64,000 nucleotides of DNA. It comes from an uncultured Thermococci archaeon. GTDB taxonomy: Archaea; Methanobacteriota_B; Thermococci; Methanofastidiosales; B48-G16. The DNA is taken from positions 32,001-96,000 of the forward strand of contig CAZQQT010000007.1 of the NCBI GenBank assembly GCA_964595645.1. The letters are read 5' to 3'. Of the stretch, positions 46,239 through 57,300 are shown piece by piece. The notes beneath the pieces are model-generated. The model saw only the letters and a list, made by a program, of their open reading frames with translations, had not been told where the DNA came from and did no database searches. The position numbers and the translations under genes were made by a program. Position 1 is the stretch's first letter; each line of letters begins with the position of its first letter.

Positions 46239-47615
46239 AGATAATGAAGGCAGGAGCTAAAACATTATTGGATGATATCGCTGAAGATTTCGTTCAGTAT
46301 CTCAAAAGTGGTAATTTAAACATTAAATCGTTTTCTAAAAGGATAGATCCTACCCTCAACATCGATAATATTGAAAAATTGCTGAGGATACACTTTGTAC
46401 TCACAGAACAACGAGGAGAACACGGTGTTGGAGTAATTGATTTTATTGACAACCTCTCTGAAAGGATACGACGAATAAAAACGACGGTGAAAAAGACAAG
46501 AACGTTATTCAGAGGAAAGGTGCGAGGAAAAATATGTTGGAAAGATACACTGCGGTATCGGTACAACTCAAATCCAAAGGATAGTACTCTTTTCGTCTGT
46601 GACAGACGGGAAAAAAATTACGAAATCTCAGAGAACCTAGTACTGAAAAGACTCCTTCAAATTATCCATGAGATTGTGTATACCGATCTACGAGTCGCGC
46701 TTGAAAAAGAGTACGAGTGGATCGGGGAATGGGCGTCGGAGGAAAAAAACCTAGAGAAAACGTTGAATCGGATATTCTTTAGAAATGTCTATCTGAGAAG
46801 AATTGATCTGACAGACGTGAAAGTCACTAATAGAATGATCAGTAGAGCGAAACGATCGAGACAGCCACTGTACAGAGAAGCAGCTGTGCTCCTCTCGCAG
46901 TATAGGGAGCTGATGAATTACGAGTTTGATCCGGAAGAGGCAAAAAACCTTCTGAAAAATACCTTCATCAACCCGGAGAAAACGGAGGTACTGTTTGAGC
47001 TGTACTGGATAATTAAAATCATAAAAAAATCACTTTACCGATCCGAAGTTCCGGTTGATCGTTCCCGGTGAGAATGTGGTAGCAGAATGGGTATCCGACG
47101 ACTCTACATACAGGATCTACCACGATTCCTGTGGGAGTTTTAAGTTCAAAGAGAGTATTGCATGGCTTAATGTTAATGCACAACTAAAAGACAAAGATAA
47201 CTATCTTGGTCGGGAATTGCAAGTGATAGACATGCTGGAAAAAATGACGGGGAAGGGGTCGCAGGACAGTCTGTGGGGTGGCAGACCGGATATCGTACTC
47301 GAAAAATACGATGAGAACGGTGACATTGTGTCAGTGCTAATAGGTGAGGTTAAATACACGGACAGCAAGAATTACGCGATTCAGGGCCTCAAAGAACTAC
47401 TCGAATATATCGCATTGATCAAAGAAGGTGAGAACTACAAACTACGCTATGAGGATTTGTTCGAAAATATAGACGCAGTGAAGGGATGTTTATTCCTCGA
47501 TGCGATCGCTGACTGGGAGATCGAAGAAGAAAAGAACATCTCAGTAGTGATGTTTGGTGAGGATTCTACCACGTTAAAAAACGTTATAGAGGGAGTGAAA
47601 CGTGACTCGCGTTGA
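46235..47615 (+). pseudogene. mcrC: McrC-like nuclease split by a +1 frameshift in an A7 run
   Basis: GKVRGKICW, ENLVLK, LFELY in the first ORF; RPDIV...IGEVKY in the second; A7 at 47023-47029. Confidence 0.8.
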
Positions 47616-47994
47616 CCGTGCAAAAAACCGAAACATCATTGATATGGCACTCTCGTTTTCTGCGATGACAAGAATCTTTGAGAAAGGATCCACCGAAAAA
47701 GTACGGAAGAAGTTCTACAAGGATATTGACAAATTCTTCAGTATGCACCACGAAGAAGCTTCAACGAAAACAAACTGGACAAAAAAGTACTATATCGTTG
47801 CATTTTTAGAACTCAAGTATCCTCCAATTGATAGCACTAACTACAGAGAGTATGAAGCAGAAATCCAAAACAACATGCACTACCGCCGCGGAGATTTCGA
47901 GCGACACGATAAAAGTTTTATCCTGAAAGGAACAAAGAACAGCGGGTGGCTTGAGAACCCAATCCGAATCGACGCGGGGGAGACGAGGAACTAA
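47602..47994 (+). CDS. Hypothetical protein, probably chimeric or truncated
   Basis: Overlaps the mcrC stop; no recognisable motif. Confidence 0.4.
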   Translation: MTRVDRAKNRNIIDMALSFSAMTRIFEKGSTEKVRKKFYKDIDKFFSMHHEEASTKTNWTKKYYIVAFLELKYPPIDSTNYREYEAEIQNNMHYRRGDFERHDKSFILKGTKNSGWLENPIRIDAGETRN

Positions 47995-48264
47995 CTACCT
48001 CATGAAAAAAGAAATTGCGCAGTACAAACTAAAAAATAAAGAAAAACGAGGATTAAATAGGTGTTATTGTAGGTAGGTTGGAGGAATCTATAATTCCCTT
48101 GGTTCATGATTGTAGAAAATAGTAGCTTCGTGTGGTTAGCGTATCTTTAAATTGAGATTTCTATTTGTTTTAATTTGTATAGAAATCTAACTTTTATAGG
48201 TACTCTTTCGAAATGGAGAAAATATTTATAGAAAGACTTAGAAGTATAATTGAAGGAAATTCCT

Positions 48265-49431
48265 ATGAATAAAAATCTGGTTCAAAATTTGTATGGCGAA
48301 TATGAAGAAAAAATAGATTCAATCATAAAAGAACATGGTGAAGAAGACGGTTTTATAACGGAAGGAAAGATGTGGTGGGACTATTACAAAGAGTTAATAG
48401 ACGAAACGTTGGACAAGATTAAAAACGGCGAATTGACAGAAAAAGATGCTAAAAAGTTTTATAAAACTTTTGGATTTGGTCCCAAACTTTACGGCCGCAC
48501 ATTTATCGAAAATGGGTTATCTAGCATAGAAAAGTTATTTCTCTTCTTAGCCGATGGTGATATTCCTGCGGAAAGAAAAATCGCTGAAGTAGTAGAAGAT
48601 CCAGAAAGTGAAAACTATTTTAGAGGCGTAGGTATCAACTTTGTTACTCTCTTCTTAACGACTTTTTTCCCTAAAAAATACGTGCAATGGAATAGGCAAA
48701 CAGATGGAGCTTTGGAATTGTTAAAGATCTATCCGGAGAAGGAAAGAGGAGAGAAAAAATCTGAGTTCTATTCAAAAATAAATAGTGTCTGCAAAGAGAT
48801 CGGTAGAACTGTGGATGTCAATTTTTTACCGAAGATTGATAACTTCCTTTACTGTCTAAACAAAGGATATATTGGAACAGAAATAGTTGAACCTGAGTAC
48901 GAAAAGGAAGCAAAGAAAAAGGAAGAACTTGAAGAAAAAGAACTGAAAACGGAAGAGGTAAGAACCCATACGAAAATGATGTACTATCTTATAAAAATAG
49001 GATTAAAGAAAAACTATAATGTGTGGGTTGCTAAAAATGACAGAAATAAAGAATATAGGGAAGAAAAATTTTCAGACCTCTGTTTAAGCGAAATACCAAA
49101 TTTTACAGGACCCGATACATTAGCAATCGCAAAGTATATAGATGTGATATGGTTTAGAAAAAATACTTTACATCCTGTCCGTTTTTTTGAGATAGAACAC
49201 ACCACAACAATTTATTCTGGATTATTGCGATTAAACGATGTTGCAGTGGATTATCCTATTGGCAAAGCAACGATTGTCATTCCGGAAGAAAGGATTAATT
49301 TATTTGAAACACAGATAGATAGACGAACCTTCAAAGTGGGCACCGATTTATCGGATGTATGTGACTATTTAACTTACGGAGATCTAAAAAAGTGGTATGA
49401 AGCAGTAAATATTGATTCAAAATACTCATAG
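48265..49431 (+). CDS. Putative PD-(D/E)xK restriction endonuclease-like protein
   Basis: C-terminal IDVIWF...FEIEHTTTIYSGLLRL; helical N-domain (TLFLTTFFPKKYVQWN). Confidence 0.7.
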   Translation: MNKNLVQNLYGEYEEKIDSIIKEHGEEDGFITEGKMWWDYYKELIDETLDKIKNGELTEKDAKKFYKTFGFGPKLYGRTFIENGLSSIEKLFLFLADGDIPAERKIAEVVEDPESENYFRGVGINFVTLFLTTFFPKKYVQWNRQTDGALELLKIYPEKERGEKKSEFYSKINSVCKEIGRTVDVNFLPKIDNFLYCLNKGYIGTEIVEPEYEKEAKKKEELEEKELKTEEVRTHTKMMYYLIKIGLKKNYNVWVAKNDRNKEYREEKFSDLCLSEIPNFTGPDTLAIAKYIDVIWFRKNTLHPVRFFEIEHTTTIYSGLLRLNDVAVDYPIGKATIVIPEERINLFETQIDRRTFKVGTDLSDVCDYLTYGDLKKWYEAVNIDSKYS

Positions 49432-49644
49432 CACGATTCACTCCAAGATTTGATAACAACACTGTGTAGAGGAAAGAGTTGAATTCGTAAAACTCTAGAA
49501 AGATCCTCGCAAGAGAGGAAAGGAGGATAATATTCGCTTACCAGCCTCGTAGTTATTTTACAGTTCAAAGTAGATACTCACGAGGAAAGGATAAATTTTA
49601 AATAGAATCTAGTGGAATAATAACAAAGAGTAGGAGGAGGAATA

Positions 49645-51171
49645 ATGCAAAAAAAACTAGGAAAAATGACACTTGATAGGCTTGAATCACATTTATGGGA
49701 GTCTGCAAACATTTTGAGAGGAAGTATCGACTCATCTGACTACAAGAATTATATTTTTGGTCTACTGTTTCTGAAACGGCTGAGTGATGTATTCGAAGAG
49801 AAACAAGAAGAAATCAGGAAAAATCATGGAGAAGAATTTATCGAAGATAGAGACTTCCATGAGTTTTATGTGCCTGAGAGAGCCCGCTGGGACAACATCA
49901 AAGAAAAAACACAAGACATTGGTGCAGAACTAAACAAAGCATTTGAAGTCTTGGAGGAAGAAAACAGTCTTTTAGAGGGAGTATTAGTCAGCATTGACTA
50001 TAACGATAAAGAACGGCTACCTGACAACGTGCTAGAAGAACTCATTCAACATTTCACAACATATGGGTTGGGGAACAAGGATCTGGAGGATCCCGATCTG
50101 TTAGGCAGAGCCTACGAATACCTCATCCGACAGTTTGCCGACGATGCAGGGAAAAAAGGAGGTGAGTTTTACACACCTCGAGGCGTGGTTAAACTGATAG
50201 TGGAGATACTGGATCCGAAGGAAGGAATGAGAATCTACGACCCCTGTTGCGGATCCGGTGGAATGCTGATATACTCTGCAAAGCATTTAGAAGAGAATGG
50301 TCACAGCCCTTCGGAAATATCGCTGTACGGACAGGAACGGAATCTGAATACCTGGGCCATCTGCAAGATGAACATGTTGCTTCATGGGTTATACGATGCA
50401 AAAGTAGAGAAGGGAGATACCATGCGGGATCCAAAGTTCGTGGAGGAAGGAACATTGCAGCAGTTCGATATTGTGGTCGCAAATCCTATGTGGAACCAGA
50501 GTTCGTGGAGCAAAGAGTACCTCAAAAATGCCGAGCCGTATGGGCGCTTCTCTTATGGACTTCCACCAAAGAACTCGGCGGACTGGGCGTGGATACAACA
50601 CATGCTGGCCAGCACACACAAAAAGGGGAAGGTCGGCGTTGTTTTGGATAACGGTGTGCTGTTCAGAAGCAGAAGTGAGGGTAAAATCAGGGAGAAGGTG
50701 ATAAAAGACGATCTCATTGAAGCCGTCATTGCCCTCCCACCAAATCTATTCTACAACACATCGTCTCCGGGAACGATCCTCATTCTCAACAAGGACAAAC
50801 CTACCGAGCGAAAAGATAAAGTCATCTTCGTGTATGCCGAGGAGGAATACAGAGAAGGAAGTGCACAGAATTTCTTGGAAGAAGAGCACATCCAGAAGAT
50901 CGTGGATGCTATCGAAGATTATGAAGATCAAGAGAGATTCTGCAGAGTCGTTGGATATGAAGAGATCGAGAAGAACGACTTTAATTTAAATGTTCCCAGG
51001 TATGTGGATACTATTGAGCCGGAGGAACCGATAGATGTGAACGAAGCATGGGCTGAGTTGAAAGAAGTTGAGCAGGAAAGAGACGAGATTACGAGTGAGA
51101 TGAACGGATATCTGGAGGAGATCGGGTATGATTACTCTATGGTTGAGGGAAGTGGTGGGAAAGAAAAATGA
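49645..51171 (+). CDS. hsdM: Type I R-M methyltransferase
   Basis: LWESANILRG, GEFYTP, DPCCGSGG, ANPMW. Confidence 0.96.
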   Translation: MQKKLGKMTLDRLESHLWESANILRGSIDSSDYKNYIFGLLFLKRLSDVFEEKQEEIRKNHGEEFIEDRDFHEFYVPERARWDNIKEKTQDIGAELNKAFEVLEEENSLLEGVLVSIDYNDKERLPDNVLEELIQHFTTYGLGNKDLEDPDLLGRAYEYLIRQFADDAGKKGGEFYTPRGVVKLIVEILDPKEGMRIYDPCCGSGGMLIYSAKHLEENGHSPSEISLYGQERNLNTWAICKMNMLLHGLYDAKVEKGDTMRDPKFVEEGTLQQFDIVVANPMWNQSSWSKEYLKNAEPYGRFSYGLPPKNSADWAWIQHMLASTHKKGKVGVVLDNGVLFRSRSEGKIREKVIKDDLIEAVIALPPNLFYNTSSPGTILILNKDKPTERKDKVIFVYAEEEYREGSAQNFLEEEHIQKIVDAIEDYEDQERFCRVVGYEEIEKNDFNLNVPRYVDTIEPEEPIDVNEAWAELKEVEQERDEITSEMNGYLEEIGYDYSMVEGSGGKEK

Positions 51172-52679
51172 GAATCCTCTTGGATACGAACATATTGATA
51201 TATCGGGAATCAAACCAGATTCTTTCTGAGGACATCCAAGAGCTGACAAAAATACTGAATCGAGGTGACTTTGATATTCTAATTCACCCCGCAACTTTTG
51301 ATGATATTAGTAAAGACGGGTATGAAAAAAGAAAAAGGATTATGGAATCTAAGTTCAAAACATATTCTACATTAGAAAAACCTCCGAACCCATTGGAAGA
51401 TCAAGAATTTTTAGATCGCGTTGAATGGTATTCACATCCCGAGGACGAGATTGACAATAAAATTCTTTATGCAGTATGCAGAAATGCAGTTGATTTTTTA
51501 ATCACTGAAGATCATGGGATACATCACAATGCTAAGGAGATTGGTATTGATGAACGTGTTCTTCTTGCACAAGACGCTTTGAAATTATTTGAACAAAAGG
51601 AAGAAAAACCTCCGAATGTACCTCCATCGTTGGAAAAAAATTATGTTTACAATTTGGACATTTCCGATCCTATTTTCGATAGCTTAAAAAGAGATTATCC
51701 GGATTTCGAGGATTGGTTTGAGAAAATATCGAAAGAGGGAAGGAAATGTTATGTTAACCGTAGAAAAGACGGTAAAGTAGGTGCTTTGTTGATATATAAA
51801 CTGGAAGAAGAAGATATGACCAACACAAGTCCACCTTTACCATTGAAAAGGAGATTAAAAATATGTACCTTAAAAGTCACTCATGTCGGTTATAAGATAG
51901 GAGAACTATTCATTAAAACCTCAGTAGACATGGCATTGAAAAAAGGTTGTGAACAAATCTATCTCACACATTTCACAGAACCCGACGATAGATTGGTATC
52001 ATTGATAAACGATTTTGGGTTTTACAAAGGAGCGGTTAAACATTGGGATGATGGTCGAGAAGAAGACATTTTTTTGAAAGAACTATTTGCCGGAGATGAC
52101 GTAGAACAATTATCCCCGCTAGAGATCTCTGAAAAATATTATCCAACATACTATCATGGAAGAAATGTTCGCAAATTTATTGTACCAATAGTCCCAAAGT
52201 ACCACGATAGGCTATTCACCGACTGCGGGGGACGACAAACCTTTTTACATGAACATGCTGGCGAGTTCGTAACGGAGGGAAACACAATAAAAAAAGCTTA
52301 TTTAAGCCATTCAAAAACCGGAATGGTAAGACCAGGCGATATTCTGCTCTTTTATCGTTCTCATGATCAACAAAGAATAACTTCTCTCGGTGTTGTGGAA
52401 AAAGTTCATGATGAACTTACAAATGCAGGTGAAATAGCCAGTATTGTGGGTAAACGTACTGTCTATTCGTTAAGAGAAATAGAAGAAATGTCAGAAAAAG
52501 AAACAAAGGTAATTTTGTTTAGACATCACTTTCACTTGCCTCTTCCACTAGATTATAAATTCTTGAGGAAACAATCCATAATCAAAGGGCCTACAAGGTC
52601 TATAACTAAAATCGACCACGATAACTATTTAAAAATGGTTGAAAAAGGTGGTATAGATGAACGTTTTACTGTCGATTAA
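51168..52679 (+). CDS. PIN-GNAT-PUA(ASCH/EVE-like) fusion protein
   Basis: LLDTNILI and LITED (PIN); LKICTLKV..GYKIGELFI..IYLT..FGF (GNAT); IVPIVPKY..VRPGDILLFYRS (PUA-like). Confidence 0.8.
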   Translation: MRILLDTNILIYRESNQILSEDIQELTKILNRGDFDILIHPATFDDISKDGYEKRKRIMESKFKTYSTLEKPPNPLEDQEFLDRVEWYSHPEDEIDNKILYAVCRNAVDFLITEDHGIHHNAKEIGIDERVLLAQDALKLFEQKEEKPPNVPPSLEKNYVYNLDISDPIFDSLKRDYPDFEDWFEKISKEGRKCYVNRRKDGKVGALLIYKLEEEDMTNTSPPLPLKRRLKICTLKVTHVGYKIGELFIKTSVDMALKKGCEQIYLTHFTEPDDRLVSLINDFGFYKGAVKHWDDGREEDIFLKELFAGDDVEQLSPLEISEKYYPTYYHGRNVRKFIVPIVPKYHDRLFTDCGGRQTFLHEHAGEFVTEGNTIKKAYLSHSKTGMVRPGDILLFYRSHDQQRITSLGVVEKVHDELTNAGEIASIVGKRTVYSLREIEEMSEKETKVILFRHHFHLPLPLDYKFLRKQSIIKGPTRSITKIDHDNYLKMVEKGGIDERFTVD

Positions 52680-53061
52680 ACCAAAATATGTTGAAAAGAT
52701 CGCCGAGGGTGAGAAGAAACTGGAGTTCAGAAAGGTGATCTTCAAGGACGAGAACAGGCCGGACACCATATACATATATTGCACCTCTCCTGTCAAGAAG
52801 ATAATCGGCTATTTCACCACCGGTGAGATCTTCGAGGACGACCCGGCCGAGCTCTGGGACAGGTTCCATAACCTTGCAGGTATAAGTGAAGAGGAGTTCT
52901 TCGATTACTTCTCGGGAAAGGAAAGAGGATACGCCATCGGTATCGAGGACTTCAACCAGTTCGACAACGCTATCGACCCTTACGAAGTGATCCCGGGATT
53001 CACACCACCCCAGTCCTTCTGCTATATGAACGACGATCTCCAGAGGTATCACGATGTCTGA
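52657..53061 (+). CDS. ASCH-domain protein
   Basis: LLSIKPKYVEKIAEGEKKLEFRK, IYCTSPV, PPQSFCY. Confidence 0.92.
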   Translation: MNVLLSIKPKYVEKIAEGEKKLEFRKVIFKDENRPDTIYIYCTSPVKKIIGYFTTGEIFEDDPAELWDRFHNLAGISEEEFFDYFSGKERGYAIGIEDFNQFDNAIDPYEVIPGFTPPQSFCYMNDDLQRYHDV

Positions 53062-54376
53062 GTACAAGGAAGTGCAGATCGGGCCCAAGACGGTGGAGAT
53101 ACCTGTGGAGTGGGATAAAGTTAAAGTTGAAGGTATTTTCGAGATAATTAAAGGGCAAAGTTATAAAAGTAAATATTATGCTGATGAAGAGGATGGGTTT
53201 ATATTCATTAATTTAAAATGTATAAACAAGAAAGGAGGATTTAATAAAGAAGGTATAAAATTTTATCAGGGACCTTTTGCAGAGAAAAATTTTGTTGAAC
53301 CAGGAAATTTGATAATGGCCAATACAGATTTAAACCGTGACGCAGAAGTAGTAGGATATCCTCTTTATGTACCAGAATTTAATAATGAAAAAAAAATAGG
53401 AATATCTATGGATGTCTCAGTGTTAAGAAAAAAGAACAGTTGTGTAATTGATAAATATTTTTATTATTTATTTAGCAATGAGATTATTCACGGTGCAGTA
53501 CAAAATTTTGCTGAAGGATCAACTGTATTACATCTTGATTTAGATTCTGTAAAAAATTTAACAATCCCCCTCCCACCACTCCCCGAACAGCGCCGTATCG
53601 CAGAGATCTTATCTACCGTGGACGATGCCATCCAGAAGACGGATGAGGTCATCGAGAAGGCGGAGAGGTTGAAGAAGGGGCTGATGCAGGACCTGTTGAC
53701 CAAGGGGATAGGGCACGATGAGTTTAAGGAAGTGCAGATCGGGCCGAGATCTATTAAAATCCCCAAAGAATGGGATATTAAGAATTTACAACCGTCCAAT
53801 GGGATTGTAAAAAAAGTTACTGATGGATCCCATTACTCACCACCCCAAATAGAAGAGGGTGAATATCTTTACGCAACCGTTACGAACTTTAGCGATAGGG
53901 GTATAGATTATGGAACATGTAATAAAATAAATGAAGAAGAATATCTTAAGATGGTAGAAGGGGGTAATAAACCTCTGAAAGGAGATGTACTTTTCAGTAA
54001 AGATGGGACTATTGGAATCACTGATGTATATGAAGATGATGAAGATGTGGTATTACTTTCGTCCATTGCAATCATTAGGCCTATACAAAATCAAGTAAAT
54101 CCAATTTATTTGAAATATTTTCTATCTTCAAAAGAAATCGAACATCAAATACGTTCTTTTAAAAGTGGAACTGCGATTCGCCGTGTAGTTCTTAGAGATA
54201 TCAAAAAATTCAAAATTCCACTACCATCTCTACCCGAACAGCGCCGCATCGCAGAGATTCTATCAAATATCGACAGTAAAATCCAAAAAGAAAAATCCTA
54301 TAAACAAAACCTCCAGAAACTCAAAAAAGGATTGATGCAGGACCTGTTGACAGGAAAAGTGAGGGTGAATACATGA
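53054..54376 (+). CDS. hsdS: Type I R-M specificity subunit
   Basis: Two TRDs; LPPLPEQRRIAEILS and KKGLMQDLLT each twice. Confidence 0.96.
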   Translation: MSEYKEVQIGPKTVEIPVEWDKVKVEGIFEIIKGQSYKSKYYADEEDGFIFINLKCINKKGGFNKEGIKFYQGPFAEKNFVEPGNLIMANTDLNRDAEVVGYPLYVPEFNNEKKIGISMDVSVLRKKNSCVIDKYFYYLFSNEIIHGAVQNFAEGSTVLHLDLDSVKNLTIPLPPLPEQRRIAEILSTVDDAIQKTDEVIEKAERLKKGLMQDLLTKGIGHDEFKEVQIGPRSIKIPKEWDIKNLQPSNGIVKKVTDGSHYSPPQIEEGEYLYATVTNFSDRGIDYGTCNKINEEEYLKMVEGGNKPLKGDVLFSKDGTIGITDVYEDDEDVVLLSSIAIIRPIQNQVNPIYLKYFLSSKEIEHQIRSFKSGTAIRRVVLRDIKKFKIPLPSLPEQRRIAEILSNIDSKIQKEKSYKQNLQKLKKGLMQDLLTGKVRVNT

Positions 54377-57300
54377 CACAGGATTGGACTGAGTACCACC
54401 TGACGGAGAAACCAGCATTAGATCTTCTAGAAGAGCTGGGGTATACAGTCTACGATATCAATGAGACCTTTGAACGACCGGAACGAGACTTGTTGCGAGA
54501 GGTGCTGTTACTGAACAACGTACGGTCGGCGATTCAACGAATTAACCCATGGATCTCAGAGAATAACCTCAATAAAGCGGTGAACATGATCCGTCCCACA
54601 AGAATCCGGGCCGCTGGAATGATAGAAGCCAACGAGATCACCTACACCCGACTGGTCAAGTACATCTCAGTTCCTCAGGATCTGGGAAAAGGAAAAAAGA
54701 ATCAGACGGTAAAGTACATTGATTTTGAGCATCCTGAAAACAACGAGTTCTTGGCACTGAACCAGTACAAGGTAAAAGGACACGAGAAAATAAAACCGGA
54801 CATCGTGATCTTTGTTAACGGCATTCCCATCGGCGTCATCGAGTGCAAAAACGAGACTACCTGCGATGATCCAGAGGACGATGCCATCGATCAGTTGCGA
54901 CGGTATCAGAACATTCGGTACGAGAATGAGAATGAAGGTGCAGAGCAACTGTTTTATCCTAACCAAATACTTGTAGCAGCCTGGCGGGATTCTGCCTCCT
55001 CCTGTGCCATTGGTGCACCAGCCCGACAGTTCAAAGCGTGGAAGGATCCCTATCCACACACAAAAGAAGAGATTCGATCCGTAGTCGGAAGAAACGTTAC
55101 CCTCCAAGATATACTCCTCTTCTCCCTCTTCAAAAAAGATCGTCTGCTAGATCTCATTCAGAACTTCATCGTGTTTGAACGCGCAGGAAACAAGCTCATC
55201 AAAAAACTGGCGCGGTACCAGCAGTATCGAGCAGTAACCAAAGCTGTCGAACGGATAAAGAACGCAGACACACTGATTGATCGGAGTGGTACTGTCTGGC
55301 ACACTCAGGGATCGGGGAAGTCTCTCTCCATGCTCTTTTTGGCCCTCAAACTGCGACGAATGGAAGGACTGGGAAATCCCACACTTCTCGTAGTAACAGA
55401 CAGAATCGATCTCGACGACCAGATCACCGGTACCTTCGAACGGTGCGGATTTCCAAATCCAATCCAAGCGCAAGATACAGACAATCTCAAAGAGTTGCTC
55501 AGAAGAAACGTCGGAAAAACGATTATGACGACGGTGCACAAATTCCAGGAACGTGTGAAGGAGAAATACCCTGTTCTCACTGAAGATACGAATGTGTTTG
55601 TAATGGCCGACGAGGCACACAGGACACAGTACAAAGACTTGGCGGCAAATATGCGAAGAGCCTTGCCCAACGCCTGCTACTTGGGATTCACGGGGACGCC
55701 TATCGACAAAGAAGAGAGAAGCACACTGCGGACCTTCGGATCCTATATCGACACCTACACCATCGATGAGTCCGTTGACGATGGAATGACGCTCAATATC
55801 CTTTACGAGGGAAGAATCCCTGAGTTACGAGTTGAAGGACGCGATCTCGACGATTTATTCGACAGAATATTCAAAAACTACTCCAACGAAGAGAAGAAAA
55901 AAATAAAAGAGAAGTACGCAACTGAACGAGACATTGCTGAAGCAAAATCCAGAATTGAACGGATATGTCTTGATATCATCGATCATTACGAATCAAAAAT
56001 ATATCCCCTCAAAGGACAGATAGTAACAGTGAGCAGAGAAGCAGCCGCCAGATACAAGGAAGCAATGGACAGGTTTAACGGACCTGAGTCTGCTGTGATC
56101 ATCAGCAGTGATCAGAACGATCCGCCGCTTCTCAAGAAGTACCATACATCTGCTGGTGAACGAAAGCATCTTATTGAAACATTTAAAGATCCGGAAAGTA
56201 ATCTCTGCCTCCTCATTGTCTGTGATATGCTGCTGACTGGATTTGACGCACCAGTAGAGCAGGTAATGTATTTAGACAAGCCGCTCAAAGAACATAATCT
56301 CCTGCAAGCGATTGCACGAGTGAACAGACGGTTTGAAGAGAAAAATTATGGTCTTATTGTGGACTACTATGGCGTGTTTGATTACCTCCAAGAAGCATTG
56401 GCCGTCTTCAATAAAAAGGATATAGAAAACGCTGTCACCCCCATCAAGGATGAAAAACCGAGGCTGGAGAGAACGTATAGACAGGTTATGCAGTTTTTTG
56501 AAGGAGTGGATCTTGATGACCTCGATGAGTGCATCCTAACCTTTAAAGACGAAGACAAACGACTGAAGTTCAAACGTGCTTTTAAAGCCTTTGCAAAGAG
56601 CATGGATATCGTTATGCCCGATCCAATCGCGGATCCGTACCGTGAGGATCTCAAAACACTGGGGAAAATTTACAAAGCGGTGAGAAACCACTACCGTGAC
56701 AGCTCTTTGGACATAAAGGGTGTTGGTGGGAAGGTAAAGCGGCTAATAGATGAACATATTCGCGCAACCGACATCAAAATACTCAATGAACCGGTCTCTA
56801 TTCTTGACAAAGAGGAGTTCGATCGTACTGTAGAAGAGCATGAAAATATTGAGACTAAAGCTAGTGAGATGGAACACGCAATCCGAAGTGAGATTAGTGT
56901 GAAAATGGAAGAGAACCCTGTCTTTTACCAATCGCTGAAAGAACGGTTAGAGGAAATTATCGAAAAGAGAGTCCAGGGAAGATTCACCTTTACCAAACAG
57001 TTAGAAGAAATGAGAGAGATAATCCACGAAATTCGAGATGTGAGGACAAAAGCCGAGAAGCTAGGATTGAATGAGCGAGAGTTTGCTCTCTACGAACTGC
57101 TCCTCGACGAAAGAGAACATGAACGGGTGGAGACAGTGAGTGAGAGTACGGGAGCCTACCATCCTGGTGGTCCTGAACTGCATATTAATAAAAAGGTTAG
57201 AGATTTATCCAAACAATTAATGGACGACCTTGAAGACATGAGAGTCGTGGATTGGAAGGAAAAGAAAATGATTCTAAAAGAAATGAGAAAAGTGATCAAA

